NCBI RefSeq assembly: GCF_006345805.1
Contig: NC_043005.1
Coordinates: 62,868,001 to 62,932,000 of the forward strand
Source: Octopus sinensis
Lineage: Eukaryota
DNA: 64,000 bases
Direction: 5' to 3'
The notes under the pieces were generated by a model. It saw nothing but the letters and a program-made list of their open reading frames with translations, searched no databases and was not told the origin of the DNA. Position 1 is the first letter of the stretch, and each line of letters opens with the position of its first letter. Both the position numbers and the translations under genes were made by a program. Shown here piece by piece: positions 48,621 through 62,500 of this stretch.

Positions 48621-49572
48621 CATACTACATCAGCAAGTACTGTTACTGTTCATTTTGTATATTATATCATTTTGATCAATAGCTATGGGTATACTGTGTT
48701 CATCAGTATTTAAAGTTTTAAAGACGTTCTATTTACTAGGATTCTCTCCTCATCATTTAGTCAAGGCAGGAAATATAATGCCTGCAGCTCTTTATATATT
48801 TTTCTCAGGACTGTGTGAGAAAAGGTGGAAATTTCCTTCATTCCAAAGAACTATCCCAAATGCTTGCAGCAGTGTGAACTTTGCTAAAAGTACCCAAGAA
48901 AAATGTAATGGTCTTATAGTAGATGATAGATTAACTCTACCATCCTTTGTATGCTTTATACATAAAACTATATTTAAACTGTCATACAGTGTCGGAATCA
49001 AAAGTTAGACCAAGAGCACAGGAGAGAAAACCACCAATAATGATATGTGATTTATCTCCCTTCTGTTTTGATATAAGTATTTAAGATAGCAACTGAAACC
49101 AGTGACATGCAGTCAAGAGGAATATTTATAGTTTATAAGCCAGATTGAATAAATTACATAAATTAGAGAATAATCCCAACATTACAAGCAGTTGTTAAGA
49201 ATAATGCAAAATAGACAGAGAATTCATTATTATCAAAGTAGGCAAAAATTCAATGAATAACTGTAAAATTTGCCATGGATTAAATCTCATCTTTGTTTCT
49301 CTGTTTTCAATGCTGTTTCGTTTAGGAAACACTAATATTGGAATTATTAGCTTATAGATATTTCTATTAAATTAAATTTTAATTCATGTACAACAGTAAC
49401 CTTTTGTTACACCAAGCAGGAATGTTTTAAATGCATTTACTGATGTTGTTTCAAAGACATTATTAAGAAGTGTCTCAATAATTCACATTTTAAAAGAGAT
49501 ATTTAGTTCGAGTCAAATACTGTGGTTTGCCTTTGAAAAATGTTCTCATAAAATGAAAAGAAACCTTTTGCA

Positions 49573-49695
49573 GACCTTTTCAGAACAAGTAATAAAAAAC
49601 GAGAACCTTTATAGAAGAAGCAATGAAAAGAGTGTCCCTTTATAGAATAAGCAATAAAGGAAGGCACCCTTTACAGAATAAGCAATAAAAGAATC
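49573..49695. repeat. ~31-bp minisatellite, about 4 copies
   Basis: Unit CCTTTATAGAA(G/T)AAGCAAT(G/A)AAAG... Confidence 0.7.
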
Positions 49696-50414
49696 CTCAT
49701 TTGATTAGATGGAAAATCCCAGTTAAAAGTATAATAAACTGAAGTGGACAAGAATTTTAAGACAAGCAATATCATCAATAAGAAATTTACCATTACTGAA
49801 ATAGCCAGCAAGAGGCTTTGTAAAATTATATTAGGTAAACAGTGACATAGATATCCCAGCAACTACAGATTTTAAACTATCAGGTCATTAAGAATGAAAT
49901 GTCCAATTCTGAACTGAAAGTTTATTTTACTTTATTTCAAAAAGGGGTGCAGAAAATCAAAATATGCACCGAAATTATCAATACATTTATGCTGGCAATG
50001 AAGAAGTCTAGTGACTGAAACAAGTAAAAGATGTCAGTAGAATCAACATATGGTAAATCAAAATAACAAAATGTAAGATCTGTAAATACTAGAGAAATAC
50101 ATCATCTATTTTTATGTGAAATTCAAGACAACTTAAATATTTAGATGCATTTATATGAATGATTTAATTTTTTGCTTTCAATGAAAGTATGTTTTTTGTT
50201 TGCATAGGATCTTCAGAATGTTTTATTAATTTAAGATGAATTTCATGTAACAGCAATGAATGGATTATATTCAGTCAGAATATTCTTGTAATCAAAATAC
50301 TTTTAATGTATTTTGAAGTTAATTAGAACAATGTAATAATATATGGATTTTATAACCTCAATCATCATTTTTATAATCGTTCACTTGTGCATAGTGATGG
50401 TAATTAATAATAGT

Positions 50415-50580
50415 CCTTTCTACTATAAGCACAAGGCTGGAATTTGGGGGAAGAGGATAAGTCGATTACATTGACCCCAGTGCATAACTGACACTTATTT
50501 AATTGACCCCAAAAAGATGAAAGGCAAAATCAACCTCAGCAGAATTTGAACTCAGAGCGTAGCTGCAGACAAAATACCAT
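50415..50580 (-). mobile_element. 5'-truncated family A-like SINE
   Basis: CCTTTCTACTATAAGCACAAGGC..GACCCCAGTGCATAACTG..AAAGATGAAAGGCAAAATCAACCTCAGCAGAATTTGAACTCAG. Confidence 0.8.
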
Positions 50581-51039
50581 TAATCAATACCAATAATTAA
50601 TAATAACACTGAAAATTAATAATAATAATAATAATAATTTGTTTCATAAGCATTACATTGTGTACAGAGACTGCTGTGTCCTTCAGATGTTTACATCACA
50701 ACTATTCAAGTTTTCAGTCTGATTCCACTTTGGGTAAGTGTCTTTTAGCATAGTATCAACTCATGAAATATTAAATTTTGAAATGAATTTAGCAGTGACT
50801 GAAACTGTCTTCTTTATTATTAGTACAAATTTTTTCATTATTTTCTAGTTTCTTAAATTCAGTAATTAAAAATAAGTATTAAACATAAGTGATTACTAAT
50901 ATGTTACTGAAAATCATGTCTTGAAAACTAATAATAGTAATAATAGTGATTTCATTTGAAAAAAAGAACAAAGCTATATATGTTTTCAGTTGAAGCAACA
51001 ACACAAGTCCAACAAAAATTTAGTTAAACATCAATGCCC

Positions 51040-51400
51040 ATATCCTTTTTACAGGTAGTGATAGTAGTAGCCATGCTACTAAGAAGTTTGCTTGGCAACT
51101 ACATAGCATCTTTGGAAAGCATCATCAACCAAGTGTTTTGGGTGAAATTTCATTGTCGGACAATCTATGGATGTCCATCAGAAGGAATATTCTTGTTCTT
51201 GAGTGATAAACTTAATTCATCTGTGCAAGTGAAATTTGCTTAACAGAAACTATATCTGAAGCATGCAGACCATCTTTCCAATTCTTTGATGGTAGACACA
51301 GAAGGGGAAGACTACCCAGTTTAACATTACCACCTGTCTATAGAGTACTGTTATCAATGTCACTTAGTTGCAAGCATTTGGGCTAAGTCTTTGGTCTGAG
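51040..51400 (-). mobile_element. Old CR1-like RT N-terminal remnant
   Basis: Minus strand, across frameshifts: DGHP..EISP..AFQRCY..MATTITTCKK, compare GPDGIPP..FQKS..W..A.ITPIFKKG. Confidence 0.4.
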
Positions 51401-51699
51401 GATTACTCCTTCCCTTCTCCCAACAGACACAGTTGCCTTGTAAAGGATTATGAGTGTGACCATTTCACTCCTGACAAAGCCATTGAAAATAAAAGTTTTT
51501 AGAAAATGCATGATGTTTATATTAAGTTTATCCATGCAAGACTGTAGAGAATTACTCTGAATGAAAGATGAATTCCCCGAAATAAACATTTCTTAGTCAA
51601 ATATAAAACCTGTAGTTAATATGCAATGAGAAATAGCAAACTATGACATTCACTCTAATCTCAATGTTATTATATAATGTTAAAACATGAAGATGCAAA

Positions 51700-52045
51700 T
51701 GAAGTATAAGGCATCCAATGTGGCGCCCTAACACAACTGTCGTAACTGGCTCTTGGTTGGTTGTGACAATAAGCGTTCCAGTTAAACCAATCAATGGACA
51801 GCCTGCTTGTGAAATTACATGCAAGTGACTGAGCACTCCACAGACATGCATATAGTTCTCAGAGAGATTCAGTGTGATACAAAATATGACAATGCTGGCT
51901 CTTTGAAATACAGGTACAATTCATCTTTGCCAACTAAGAGGACTGAAGCAGTACTCAATGACAAAACACATTGCCAGGAATCAAACTCATGACCTAACAA
52001 TCATGAGCTGAATACCCTAACACCTGATCCACGTGACTTCACAAC
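51700..52045 (-). mobile_element. SINE with family E head and long body
   Basis: Reverse complement GTTAGGTCATGAGTTTGATTCCTGG..CCTGTATTTCAAAGAGCCAGC..GTGGAGTGCTCAGTCACTTGCATGTAATTTCACAAGCAGGCTG. Confidence 0.75.
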
Positions 52046-52769
52046 TGACATAACAATCAGGATTCCTTATATTAGCATAAAGGTACAAATTTGTTGTCAG
52101 AGTAAAACTGACTGAATTAACCTTAGTATATTTTTATTGACCCACACATACCTGAGGGATGAAAGGCAAAGATGATCTTTGTAAGATATAAATTAAGAAC
52201 AAAATGGTCTGAAACTTTAAAAAAAATTTAGTGTACCATTTCTACCTTTCTATCAGCCTTTAGAGGAAATGAAATAGTTTCAGCAGGTGATTTAAATTGT
52301 TGCACAGACTCAGCAAACTGGGATTTTATCTTTTTTTAAAGAAATAATTTTCTTTATCATCACTAGACTCTTTACAAATGAGGAAAGTGTTTATTACATA
52401 ATGATGAAAGCAATAGTCTAAGCAGAGTACAATTCAAAAATAAGCACACAGAAAGCAGACTAATCACAAACAAAATTTTAAAAACACCTTGAGTGATGGT
52501 ATATGAACCTTAATCACATTGGTTCTACTTAGTATAGAAGCAAACACACCAAAATCACTTCTTCAAAGAAATAAAACTATATTAGTCTAGAAACATTGAT
52601 GACAGATTTGGAAACTTTATTGTTTTAGACGAACTACAAGGAATTCATATGAAAATATGATAATACATGAATACATATAAATCTCTAACACAGTCATGTT
52701 TTCAAAGTGACCTACATGCACATGAACACACACACACACACACAAAATATATATGTATAAAATTCTTAA

Positions 52770-54100
52770 TGTTTCTTACAATAAGTCAAATTTATTGCAA
52801 AATTATTCTGAAGAATTTGGAATTCATTACTCAGCATATTACAAATGATCAAACATACTGAAAATAACGGCTTGGATTTTGCATTCTGCATTAATTTTGC
52901 TTGCCCAGTGCAGGTGACTGCTATAAAATTCTTTTCAGATGCAACCATAAAATGAATCTGTTTTGTCTCCCATTAGGAATCATAGCTGTGACTTCTTATC
53001 GTTTAATATTGAGAATTTAAAATTAGATAAGTTTCTAAGCGTAGTATTGATTTTGGTAAAAATCTAACTTTCAGTTGTTTTAACTTTGTCTTAATGTAGG
53101 CCCTACTGTCTTCTTTAAAGCTTTGTACTAGGAAAAAGAGGCATAGTTTCTTTATGAATATATTATAGGATCATATAAAAGACAGCTGTAATATAAATAT
53201 AAATCAATTAGTTCCAATAAAAGTAAATTCACTTTTATTAGCAACTTGCTTCTCAGTAATAAAAATTACATGCCTGAACTATTGAATTGAAAGTTTCTGA
53301 TAAAAGATTTCTTTTTAATTTAACATGCCAGGGAACATTGGTCATAGTAAATCTATTTCACCAAATTATTCTAATTCTAAAACTCTAATCAATGATATTT
53401 TTATGTCTTTTTTTATCAAGAAAACCGATAAAAAAATTTTAATGGTCATAAGATTCTTTGGCAAAAATAAATACTAAAAGAAACCCTTTTTTGAATCAAC
53501 AAGGGCTCTTACTCTTTCATGAAATGCTCTTCAAATCAGTAAATACCTTTAATTTTGATCTAAGCAATGATGAAAAGATTCGGCCAGTTGTTAAGAATTC
53601 TAGAACCAATGTGTTCCCTTCTGATCTTGTTCAGTTTCAGCTTCTCTTCTTGCTAGATTTGGATATTTGTACTTCCTCTCATAAAAATTCTTAAACATTT
53701 CCTGTCAGTTGGATGTACTGCCAGGATCATAAAATTATATCATTCAAACACTTTCCTCAATCTAATTTATCCTTTAAAATGACATTGGTTTAAATACATA
53801 ATGTGTATGTAGATAAGCCAGCAGTTATTAATATTTGTGAGGATGAATAATTTGGTTATGAGAAGAATCACTGAATATGAGTCAATTCCCCTGAAATTCA
53901 GCATTGAAGTACTCATAAAATTCATGAATGACTTAATAGTTCCATCAACCTCAAAAGGTATGCACATTATTTTAAGTATTTCATCACCTGAATATTTTGA
54001 TAATTTTTTTTTATTGGGATATTGTAAAAATGCTTTCTGGATTGATAACCGCTTTCTGTCTTGAAACGATTCTATTTTTTTCAAATTTTTATCTTGAAGG
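52770..54100 (-). mobile_element. Probable decayed piggyBac transposase
   Basis: Motifs in the expected order across frameshifts: YSGDEILKIMCIP; FF*YLFLP; KVNLLLLEL; IHKETMPLF; YIKTK; EFYSS; KIQAV. TIRs not found. Confidence 0.45.
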
Positions 54101-56136
54101 GAAAGCATATAACATAATAAAAGACAGGATTTTCTCTTGCTAGACACCATTGAAGACTTTGCTAATATCTATGTCAAGGACAACTAGATTGCTTCTAGCT
54201 ACCTGTTAATGGAATCTATCTCACATATCTTGGACTGAATGTTACACTTCTCCATCACAGTGAACAAAGTGGTGTTTTCTCTAGTCCTCCTTCCAACTCT
54301 CATTGCACCAAGGTTCAGCTGTATGTCTCACTCTTTTTGTAGTCATTAAAAACTTAATTGCTGTTACTTCTAACCACATATATCGCTATGTACATAATAC
54401 CCCTTTCACTTCGCCATAACCTTCTAAACACAAGTATCCTTCATCTACAACCTCATACCAGATTCCACTGCTTCCATGGCAAGTCTGAAACTTCCTAAGG
54501 GGTACATGATAAAGGAGTCCTCAACAGCACAAAAACAGAATCACATCAGATACTAAGCCAACAATGTTGTAGTATAACCTCATGAACAAGATAGTAAAAC
54601 TTAAAATGTTACTGCAATGTTTTGAATTTTTATGGCAAGTTCACATGTAAATTCTTGCCAAATGTACATCCTAAGATTAAACTTCTTTTTTCAGAGCCCA
54701 AAACTATGCATCATCTTGGTTCAGTTTCTGAAACTTCACAATGTTCAAATGCAATTTAGATTTGTATATTGATCACAAATCTGTAATGGTGTTGGTGCTA
54801 TATGTACGAACACTTATGACTACATATCTGAAAAAGGCCACTGAGCTGATTGCAAAGAATTACTCACAAATACAGTCTAAGAACTGACTCACAAATATAT
54901 TGTTTCTATTCTATGATTCCATGGTTTCAGATTGTTTTTTACTAGTTAGCTAAAGACAAACTCCAACATGTGTCATATAATAATACCAATCATCCTCTCA
55001 TCATTCTTGATGTGTTTCATTCTACAAAACTCTCAGTAAACCCACTTTTCAATTGTTCCTGCCGTAAGCTGCTGCTTGATGGCATATTCTTTCCCTATGC
55101 AGAAACATTTTTATTATAGAAATTTAAAATTAACATTTTTATCAATTCAAACATTCTTGTAAGGCCTAAACCTGTCATGGCTGTGACCCTTCACAACTGG
55201 CTAAATGTTTCAAAATAGTTTTTTTTTTTATTCCTTAGGCCTATCATACACTGTAAGTCAAAGTTTAAGTTTTGGTACATACATAAATTTTAGTCAACTG
55301 GTTTTGCAGAAATTCCTAAGAATTTTTTTTTGTCTATCTAAGCTGTTTTTAGCATCAAATTAATAGATGTACTAGAGTGTCTCAGAAGAATAAAAAGAAA
55401 ATTGGATTCTCAATGAATTAAAAACAAAATATAATATTCTCAAACAACTTTTTCCAAAATTTCTTACATATTACAGTACTTTTTTTAAATTTAGGAAAAT
55501 CTTTTTTAATTTAATACAGAAGAATATCTGGTTGTCCATTTAGCTTCCTTACTCAATTTCACTGTCTTCATATTGCTAAAACTTGTTTTATCTGTAGCTG
55601 CTATCTCATGAAAAATAACAGTAAATTCTAGTTCATCTATCAGTATTTTTTTTTTCATCTAGATTACCTTCAAATTGAATTTGTATAGTTCTTAGTGCAC
55701 AAATGAAAGCCAAACATCATTAATTTCTACACTGCATCAATCTCGCTACATCAAACATGAGAAGGCTTACAAGAACCATAGAAATACAGTTTTATCAAAA
55801 ATACTGTCGCGATTTTTCGCCCATGAGTTTTCTCCCCTATAGTTGCAGGTACATTTTGTCGCCTTGAGAAGTTAAAATAATCACATCACTAGACTATTCC
55901 ATAATCGTCAGAGCATTAAGTGCTCCTCATGACTGCAGGTTCATGATAAGGTTGTGATCCGTAAACAGATTTTAGTAGGAACCAGAAAGAGAAGTATGAA
56001 CATGCAATGCACATGTGCACACTGAATTCATAAAATGGAAGAGAAGAATAAAAATGCAATGTCAAACAAGTTATATGAAGGTCTGCACGCCACGTCTGAC
56101 ACCACTATCATGCAGCTTAGCTGGAATTTTCTTGTT

Positions 56137-56652
56137 TCAAAATGGACAGCTGATTTGTTTGGCAATTTCCTTACAAAATTTTTATTTATTTACTCTTGTT
56201 TTCATGCCCTATTGAAGCTGACATTTGCCTTTAAAGTTGGTGAGGGAGGTGAAAAGTGAAACTGACACTCACGTGTGGTTGCACACTCACACACACACAT
56301 GCATGCATACATACATGCATACTTACATAACATTCAAAACGTATGTATATATATATTTATGTATGTATGTGTATATGAAAGATAATGGGTGTACATATGT
56401 GTGTGTTTGCATGTGAACATGTTCAGCTTTATGTATGTGTGCATTTATATGTGTGTGTATGTGTGGGTTTCACTATTCAACTTATGGACAATGGGTGTGT
56501 GTGAGCGCATGTAAGCATCTGTTTCACTTTTCACCTCCCTCACCAGCTTGAATGGCAAATGTCAGCTTCAACAGGACACGAAAATAAAAAGCAAATAAAT
56601 AAATAAATAATTCTCTATGGAAATAGCCAAACAAATCAGCTGTCCATTTTGA
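56137..56652. mobile_element. Foldback element: ~126/132-bp inverted arms around a microsatellite-rich spacer
   Basis: Arm 1 56137-56262 and arm 2 56521-56652, including perfect 25-bp TGGTGAGGGAGGTGAAAAGTGAAAC and TCAAAATGGACAGCTGATTTGTTTGGC matches. Confidence 0.85.
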
Positions 56653-56659
56653 CAGACTT

Positions 56660-57215
56660 GGTACTATCATCAAAAGAATGTCCATACACTCGTCATATGC
56701 AAAGACTGTATCACAAAGATTAGCTTTTCCACCTCATAGCCATAAAATACTTCAGCCCCCAACAACTACTCTGTCCAAAATCCAGGAGAGACTCACAATG
56801 ATGTATTAATCCCACATATAGTATGGCACTATTACTACATACACCTACAAACATGCAAATGTTGAAGGTCAAATCCAATGAAATGCTACTTGATTGATTG
56901 ACTTGAAGTTGCTCACCAACACACTGCAACCCTTGACATACAGACATGCAGTCTCTTCGCCATGCCTTTTATTTTAATATTACTACTATGATACCTGCTC
57001 CTTAAAGCTGATTGGTCTCATGCTACCTTCCCTCAGGCATTTCTGACTCACTCATCTCTCTTTCTCTTGTCACTCACATTGTGTTGCTTCACTTCACCAC
57101 CAGCTTTATATTCATGCCTGGCACAATTTTTCTTCCTGTAGCTGTCAACTTGCAATTACTCAACAGGAACATTGATCATGATCTCACAATCTCTCAAGGT
57201 TTTTGAGGCCATAAA
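56660..57215 (+). mobile_element. Old CR1/L2-like LINE C-terminal remnant
   Basis: YAKTVSQRLAF..RLTMMY*SHI*YG..LIDLKLLTNTLQPLTYRHAVSS..IFLPVAVNLQLLNRNIDHDL. Confidence 0.65.
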
Positions 57216-58434
57216 AACAGCTCTTTCTTCCAGTTTAGGCAACATTAGAAACATAAAAAATATAAATCTGATTCATAAATAATTTTCAGTTAAATACCAT
57301 ATTGTATGAATCCTTTGGAATAAAGTATCTTGCTTAAGTGATCCTTTGAACAAACTGAATACCAATGACTGAATTTGAAACCTGCTTCATTAAATAGGCA
57401 ACCAAAGAATATTTACATTAATTTTGTGATTTAGCTATACAATCAATGATAAGTTGTAACATAACATAATGCTTGTAACAAAGTACTAATTTCTGAAACT
57501 CTTCTGAACCAAATGAATTAGGTTTGATAAAATCAATATAAGACATACTTTAAACCTGCTTACTAGCTGCTATGCTATCAGAAAAATCCAAGCTTTTAAC
57601 CATTTAGTAATTCTGTCAGGCTTTGTTTATTTTAAGTATGTATTTCTCTATTTATCTTTCAACTAGATTTCTACTAATTTCCCTGGATATCAACAGACAT
57701 AAAAGACTTAACAGTATAGAATAGGTCTATGAATAAATCCAATTAATTGCATTCCACTATATACACTGAAATAAATTATAAAATTGAAAACAACAAAATT
57801 AAGTAGGGGAAATAATTAATAAAAAATTTCCTGAAGCTGTATACACATTTATACTGCTATTTAAACATACATCATTACAAAACACATACTCATGCAACTA
57901 CATAAATATACACATCAAATTAGATGTATACTTATATATTCATATGTACATAGTCATACATACCTCCTCATACACAAAAGCCTCTTTATCTTTTTTTAAC
58001 CAAATCTGATTATGATTTTTTTCATACAGATTCTATGTAAAACAATAAAGGTAGACACTGTTTTGTTGCATAGGTCAATTTGATTTTCAGTATCGAACAA
58101 TAAGAACTGAACTAAATGGAAATGGTATTAGCAAGGCATTATATGCCTTACAGAAATAATTAAATCTGGCATTGCATTTATAATGGCTACTCTTCATATA
58201 AAAAGCTATTCTTTAATCATGTGCAAGAAATGTATATTTTTTCCAATATTAATAAACCATGCATAAATTTATAGATGTATGTATGTATGTAAGTATGCAT
58301 CAATTCACGAATATGTGAAAATATGAATATATGTATCTGCGTGGAACTGTATCCATATTTTTGCAGTTGAATACATTTTAGTAGGTAGGTAGGTAGGTTG
58401 GTAGATATGTAGGTTGATCGTTATTTTAACATCC

Positions 58435-58651
58435 AAAGGCGGCAAGCTGGCAGAAACATTAGCACACTGAGCGAAATGCTTTGCGATATTTTGTCTGTCT
58501 TTACATTCTGAGTTCAAATTCCACTGAGGTCGACTTTACCTTTCATCCTTTTGGGGTCGATAAATTAAGTAACAGTTGCACACTGGGGTCGATCTAATTG
58601 ACTGGCCCTCTCCCCAAAAGTTTTCAGGCCTTGTGCCTAGAGTAGAAGAGA
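58435..58651 (+). mobile_element. Full-length family A SINE
   Basis: AAAGGCGGCAAGCTGGCAGAA (A box-like)..GAGTTCAAATTCC (B box-like)..GGCCTTGTGCCTAGAGTAGAAGAG; TSD TTATTTTA(A/G)CATCC (58421-58434 / 58652-58665). Confidence 0.92.
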
Positions 58652-59569
58652 TTATTTTAGCATCCAGTTTTCCATGCTACCATGGCTCAAAAGAAATTTA
58701 TTGAAGAGCATTTGGCATGTAAAAACATGGCAAATATTCTTCTAGTCATCAAGTTTTACTTGTTCACAGAAAAGGTAATATTTCCCTTTGTCTAGGTTTC
58801 TAAATAAAGAGAAATACCTAATAAAATCAACATGTGTCATCTTACTGTTTTTTTCGTCTCTTCATTGATTGTATGGTTTTATTATGTTTTAAAATTTGTT
58901 ATGTTAATATATTTATCTGCATGTATTTACATTATGCATATTTCAGTATTATGTATACCTATCATGTATTTGTGTACATCATTAATATATAAGTGCATAA
59001 TATGTGTGTGTGTGTGTGAAAAGGGGACGTCAGTCTCCAAAACTTCAAAGTTGAGTAACATTTTCATGTTTGGATAAAATCCGAATATTTTTTCCTTAGC
59101 GAAAATATGAGATTTGCAGCATATTAGGAGGTCAGGGTACTTGATTCCAGGCAAAAAATCTGAGTTTTTTTTTTGCTGAAAATCATGCAGGTGTTTATCT
59201 GAAAATTTACCAAAAACCTCTGCATTTGAATTTTTCAATGGAAAAAACTTTTGTGTACATGTAAATTGATCTTCACTATATGCGCGGTATTCAATCAATG
59301 TGTAAGATGGCTGTCAAGCATGAATAGTGATTACGACGATGCGTATGATGTCGTCAGATTTTGTGGTGTTTCAGGGTCACCGGTTTTTGTTCGAAGGTCT
59401 GGGGTCTCCCTTGGTTTTATTAAAGTGTTATAAGTAGAAACACAAATCATGAACGCATTTCCATCTCTACACAAATACACACTCTCTGTTTATACAAGTC
59501 ACTCACAAACCAAAACACCAATCACACAGTATTTAAATCAACTTAATAATAATAATAATATCAGCTACC

Positions 59570-62500
59570 CCACTCTGTCTCCAGTACCATTCTTCTCCCA
59601 ACACTACACCTCCTCATGTGAATTCTAATTCTATTGCTGACCCCCACTGATACTGCCAGTTCACCTCCAAGCTGTGTTCTTTGCACCTGTACAAGTCGCT
59701 ATTTGAAGCCCATCAAATGTCACATGTGTAGTCTAAGCTACCACAGGAGTTGCGTCGGCATTACTAAGGTTCAAGCTGAAAGTTTTTCTAATTGGACATA
59801 CAACTGATGTTACTTCAGGTCTGACATCCTTAGTAGGACAGAACCTTGCTTTGAGGTCCAGATCACTGTTGAAGACTTTGCTGCCGCCCTCTAGGGTTTG
59901 TCTAAGTTGAGGCTCATTAATCAGATCCCTAAAGATGCTCAGATTTGTTTTGCTCATGTTCTCTCGAAACTGCTGAAGAATGTCTGCCTATCGAAGAACA
60001 CTTCGGATTGGCAGAAACTGTTCCTGTTCCTTTTGGTCTCCCTCCACATGACGAATGGGAATAGTGGATCTCTCACTTCTTCCCTGAAACGGCAGTTTGA
60101 GCTGTTCGAACCTACCCCAACCACTGTTCATCTGAGGTTGGTCATCAGATCAACCCCGATCAATGGTCAACCACCTAACTTTAAGAAGGCTGTTAATGAT
60201 AAATTCAACTGTTTGCCTACTTCCCTCTCTGTCCTCCCTCATTCCGTGTACCACAGACTCCCTCAAACAACTGAAGGAGAAACATCCTCCTACACTGGTC
60301 CGACCTACCAAGTCTTTTGCAACCCATCTTCACCCCTGACAATGCCAGGAGGGCAACTGACTCTTTTCCAGCAGATTCTGGGGTTGGGATCGATGGCTTA
60401 CAACCTCAGCATCTCAATGATGGTATCTCCCTGTCAACTGGTAATGCTGGGCTCAAACTCTTGAAGAACCTAACACAGTTCATAAATTTGTTCTCGTCTG
60501 AGAGTGTCCTTTCCTACATTTGTCTCCTGTTTTTTGGGGCCAAACTATTTGGTCTCACTAAGCCCAACAGTGACCTCTGCCCCATAGCAGCTGGTTGTAT
60601 TCTGTGACGGCGCACAGTAAAAGTGTGCATGTACTCAGTTTCTAACTGCCTAACCAAGGAATTTTACCTTATTCAGCTAGGAGTAGGTACTACGCTAGGT
60701 TGTGAGGCTGCTGCTCATGCCACCAGGGCTTTCACTAACTTGCCCTCTGAGTCCCCAAAGGTCATCCTCAAACTTGGCCTTTAGAATACTTTTAACTTCA
60801 TCAGTCGAGATGTCATTCTCTGGGCAGTAAGGGGGAATTCCCCACCACCTTATCACTTTGCTTGGCAAGCTTATTAGGAGCCCTACTACCTTTCGTTTGT
60901 TGACCACCTCATCCCATCTGTCTCTGGAGTCCAGCCGAATGACCCACTTGATCCTGGCCTATTCGCATTGGGTATTGATGATGTTACCAAAACCTAAATG
61001 ACTGGTACCTTGACGATGCTTGTTTGGGAGGCCCTCCTGACAAGGTGCTTGCAACTGCAAGGAATTTGATACAGGTCTTAGCATTAACAGCTCTGACTCC
61101 CCAACCACCAGCTTTGCATGAGTAAACTGCTAAACTGGTTGTTGACTCCCTCCCCTCAATCACGATTCCTCCTTCATCTGCATGGTGTTCCCTTCGATTC
61201 CCAATTACTGACCTAGCTTTTCAGTCCGTCTTTAGATCCAAAGTGGTTAACCACGAACAACTTTTAAAAAACCTTGAGGTAATTGGAGCCCACCTAAGGT
61301 TTTGTATATCTAGGAATTAGTTGTCAATTCCTAAGCTATGGCATTTTCTGAGAGTTAGTCCCTCTTACAGATTCCTGTTGTCTCTCCGATATTTTGACAA
61401 CCTAATCTTCAGAAAATTCAAATTCTTGGTTAATGTCAAACTCACCCCAGACTCCCATGACCAAGCTGCTTTGCCCAAACAGTTTAGGCGGGGTCTAGGT
61501 CTGCACAAATGCTTGTCTTTATCTCTTCCCTATTTCCTTCCCTCCGTCTATGCTGGCCCCCTTTTAGTAGGCAACAACCTCTCCTCTCTGACATGGACTA
61601 ACTCCAACAGGGAGATGGATGGAGCTCTATCAGTGGAGAGAGCTGGGTTTGTCAGTTCCGGTTGCAGTGGACAATAGACGGAAACAGAGAGTATGGGGCA
61701 ATCTGCGTTCAGATGCTACTTTCAACTCTCTCCTTGATCAATCTAATCAATTTTCAAGGTGTCACTTACTTTCAGCTAATGTAAAATTCTCAGGGGACTG
61801 GATTGATGTTCTGCCTGTGGCCAACATTGGAGCTCTACTCAGTCTAGATGAACTCAGCATCTCCATCACACTCAGAGTAGGAGCTGACGTATGTAGGGGA
61901 CTGAGATGTCTCTGTGGTAAGCCCCTCGACCCCACAGGTCTTCATGATCTGCCTTGCCACCTAAATGCTAGTCAGTTCGCTCGTCACACCAAGCTAAACC
62001 TAATCACTAAGCAAACCCTGGCTTGGATTAATATCCCCTTGGTTCTGGAGTCGTCGGGATTATCCAAAAGTAATGGAAAGAGACCAGATGGTATTACTCT
62101 CTGTCTCTGGGTTTGAAGTAGGTGCTTCATTTAGGATGTCACATTCTCCAACTCTTTTGCTCCCGCCCACATCCTGGATGCGGCAGTTAATGGGAGGGTC
62201 GCTGCTTCCGTAGCTGAATGGAAGAAAACCCTGAAGTATCAACACTTGGCAGTGAACTATCTCTTCCGACATGTGGTATTTTTGAGGCGTTCGGAGGGAC
62301 TGGACCACTAACTGCGAATTTCTTGTTAACATTAGCAGCTCGCCTCACCGGTGTGTCAGATGATACCTGTGAGGGTGCTTGGCTTTCCCAACACCTTAGC
62401 CTCGCCAGCGCCCGTGGTAATGCTGCGAGCATGCTGGCTTGCTTCAGTAGGTTCCGTTAAACTTTGTGGTATGCGACCAGTTGCTGTGATAAAAAATAAA
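59570..62500 (+). mobile_element. CRE-clade non-LTR retrotransposon (RT, CCHC, RLE), decayed by frameshifts
   Basis: GIDGLQPQHL; FFGAKLFGLTKP..PIAAG; QLGVGT..GCEAAAHA; GVQPNDPLDPGLF; WYLDD; CLCGKPLDPTGLHDLPC..RH; KRPDG..DVT; SLASARGNA; A-rich end at ~62490-62500. Confidence 0.88.

Noticed and set aside
51034-51243. Plus-strand exon-like segment (TTTTTACAG|GTAGTGAT.., GSDSSSHATKKFAWQL..)
   Set aside because: Better explained as the antisense of a decayed CR1-like RT; donor site weak.
53767-54150. 127-aa minus-strand ORF as a host gene
   Set aside because: No splice or family evidence; more consistent with the N-terminal region of a decayed piggyBac.
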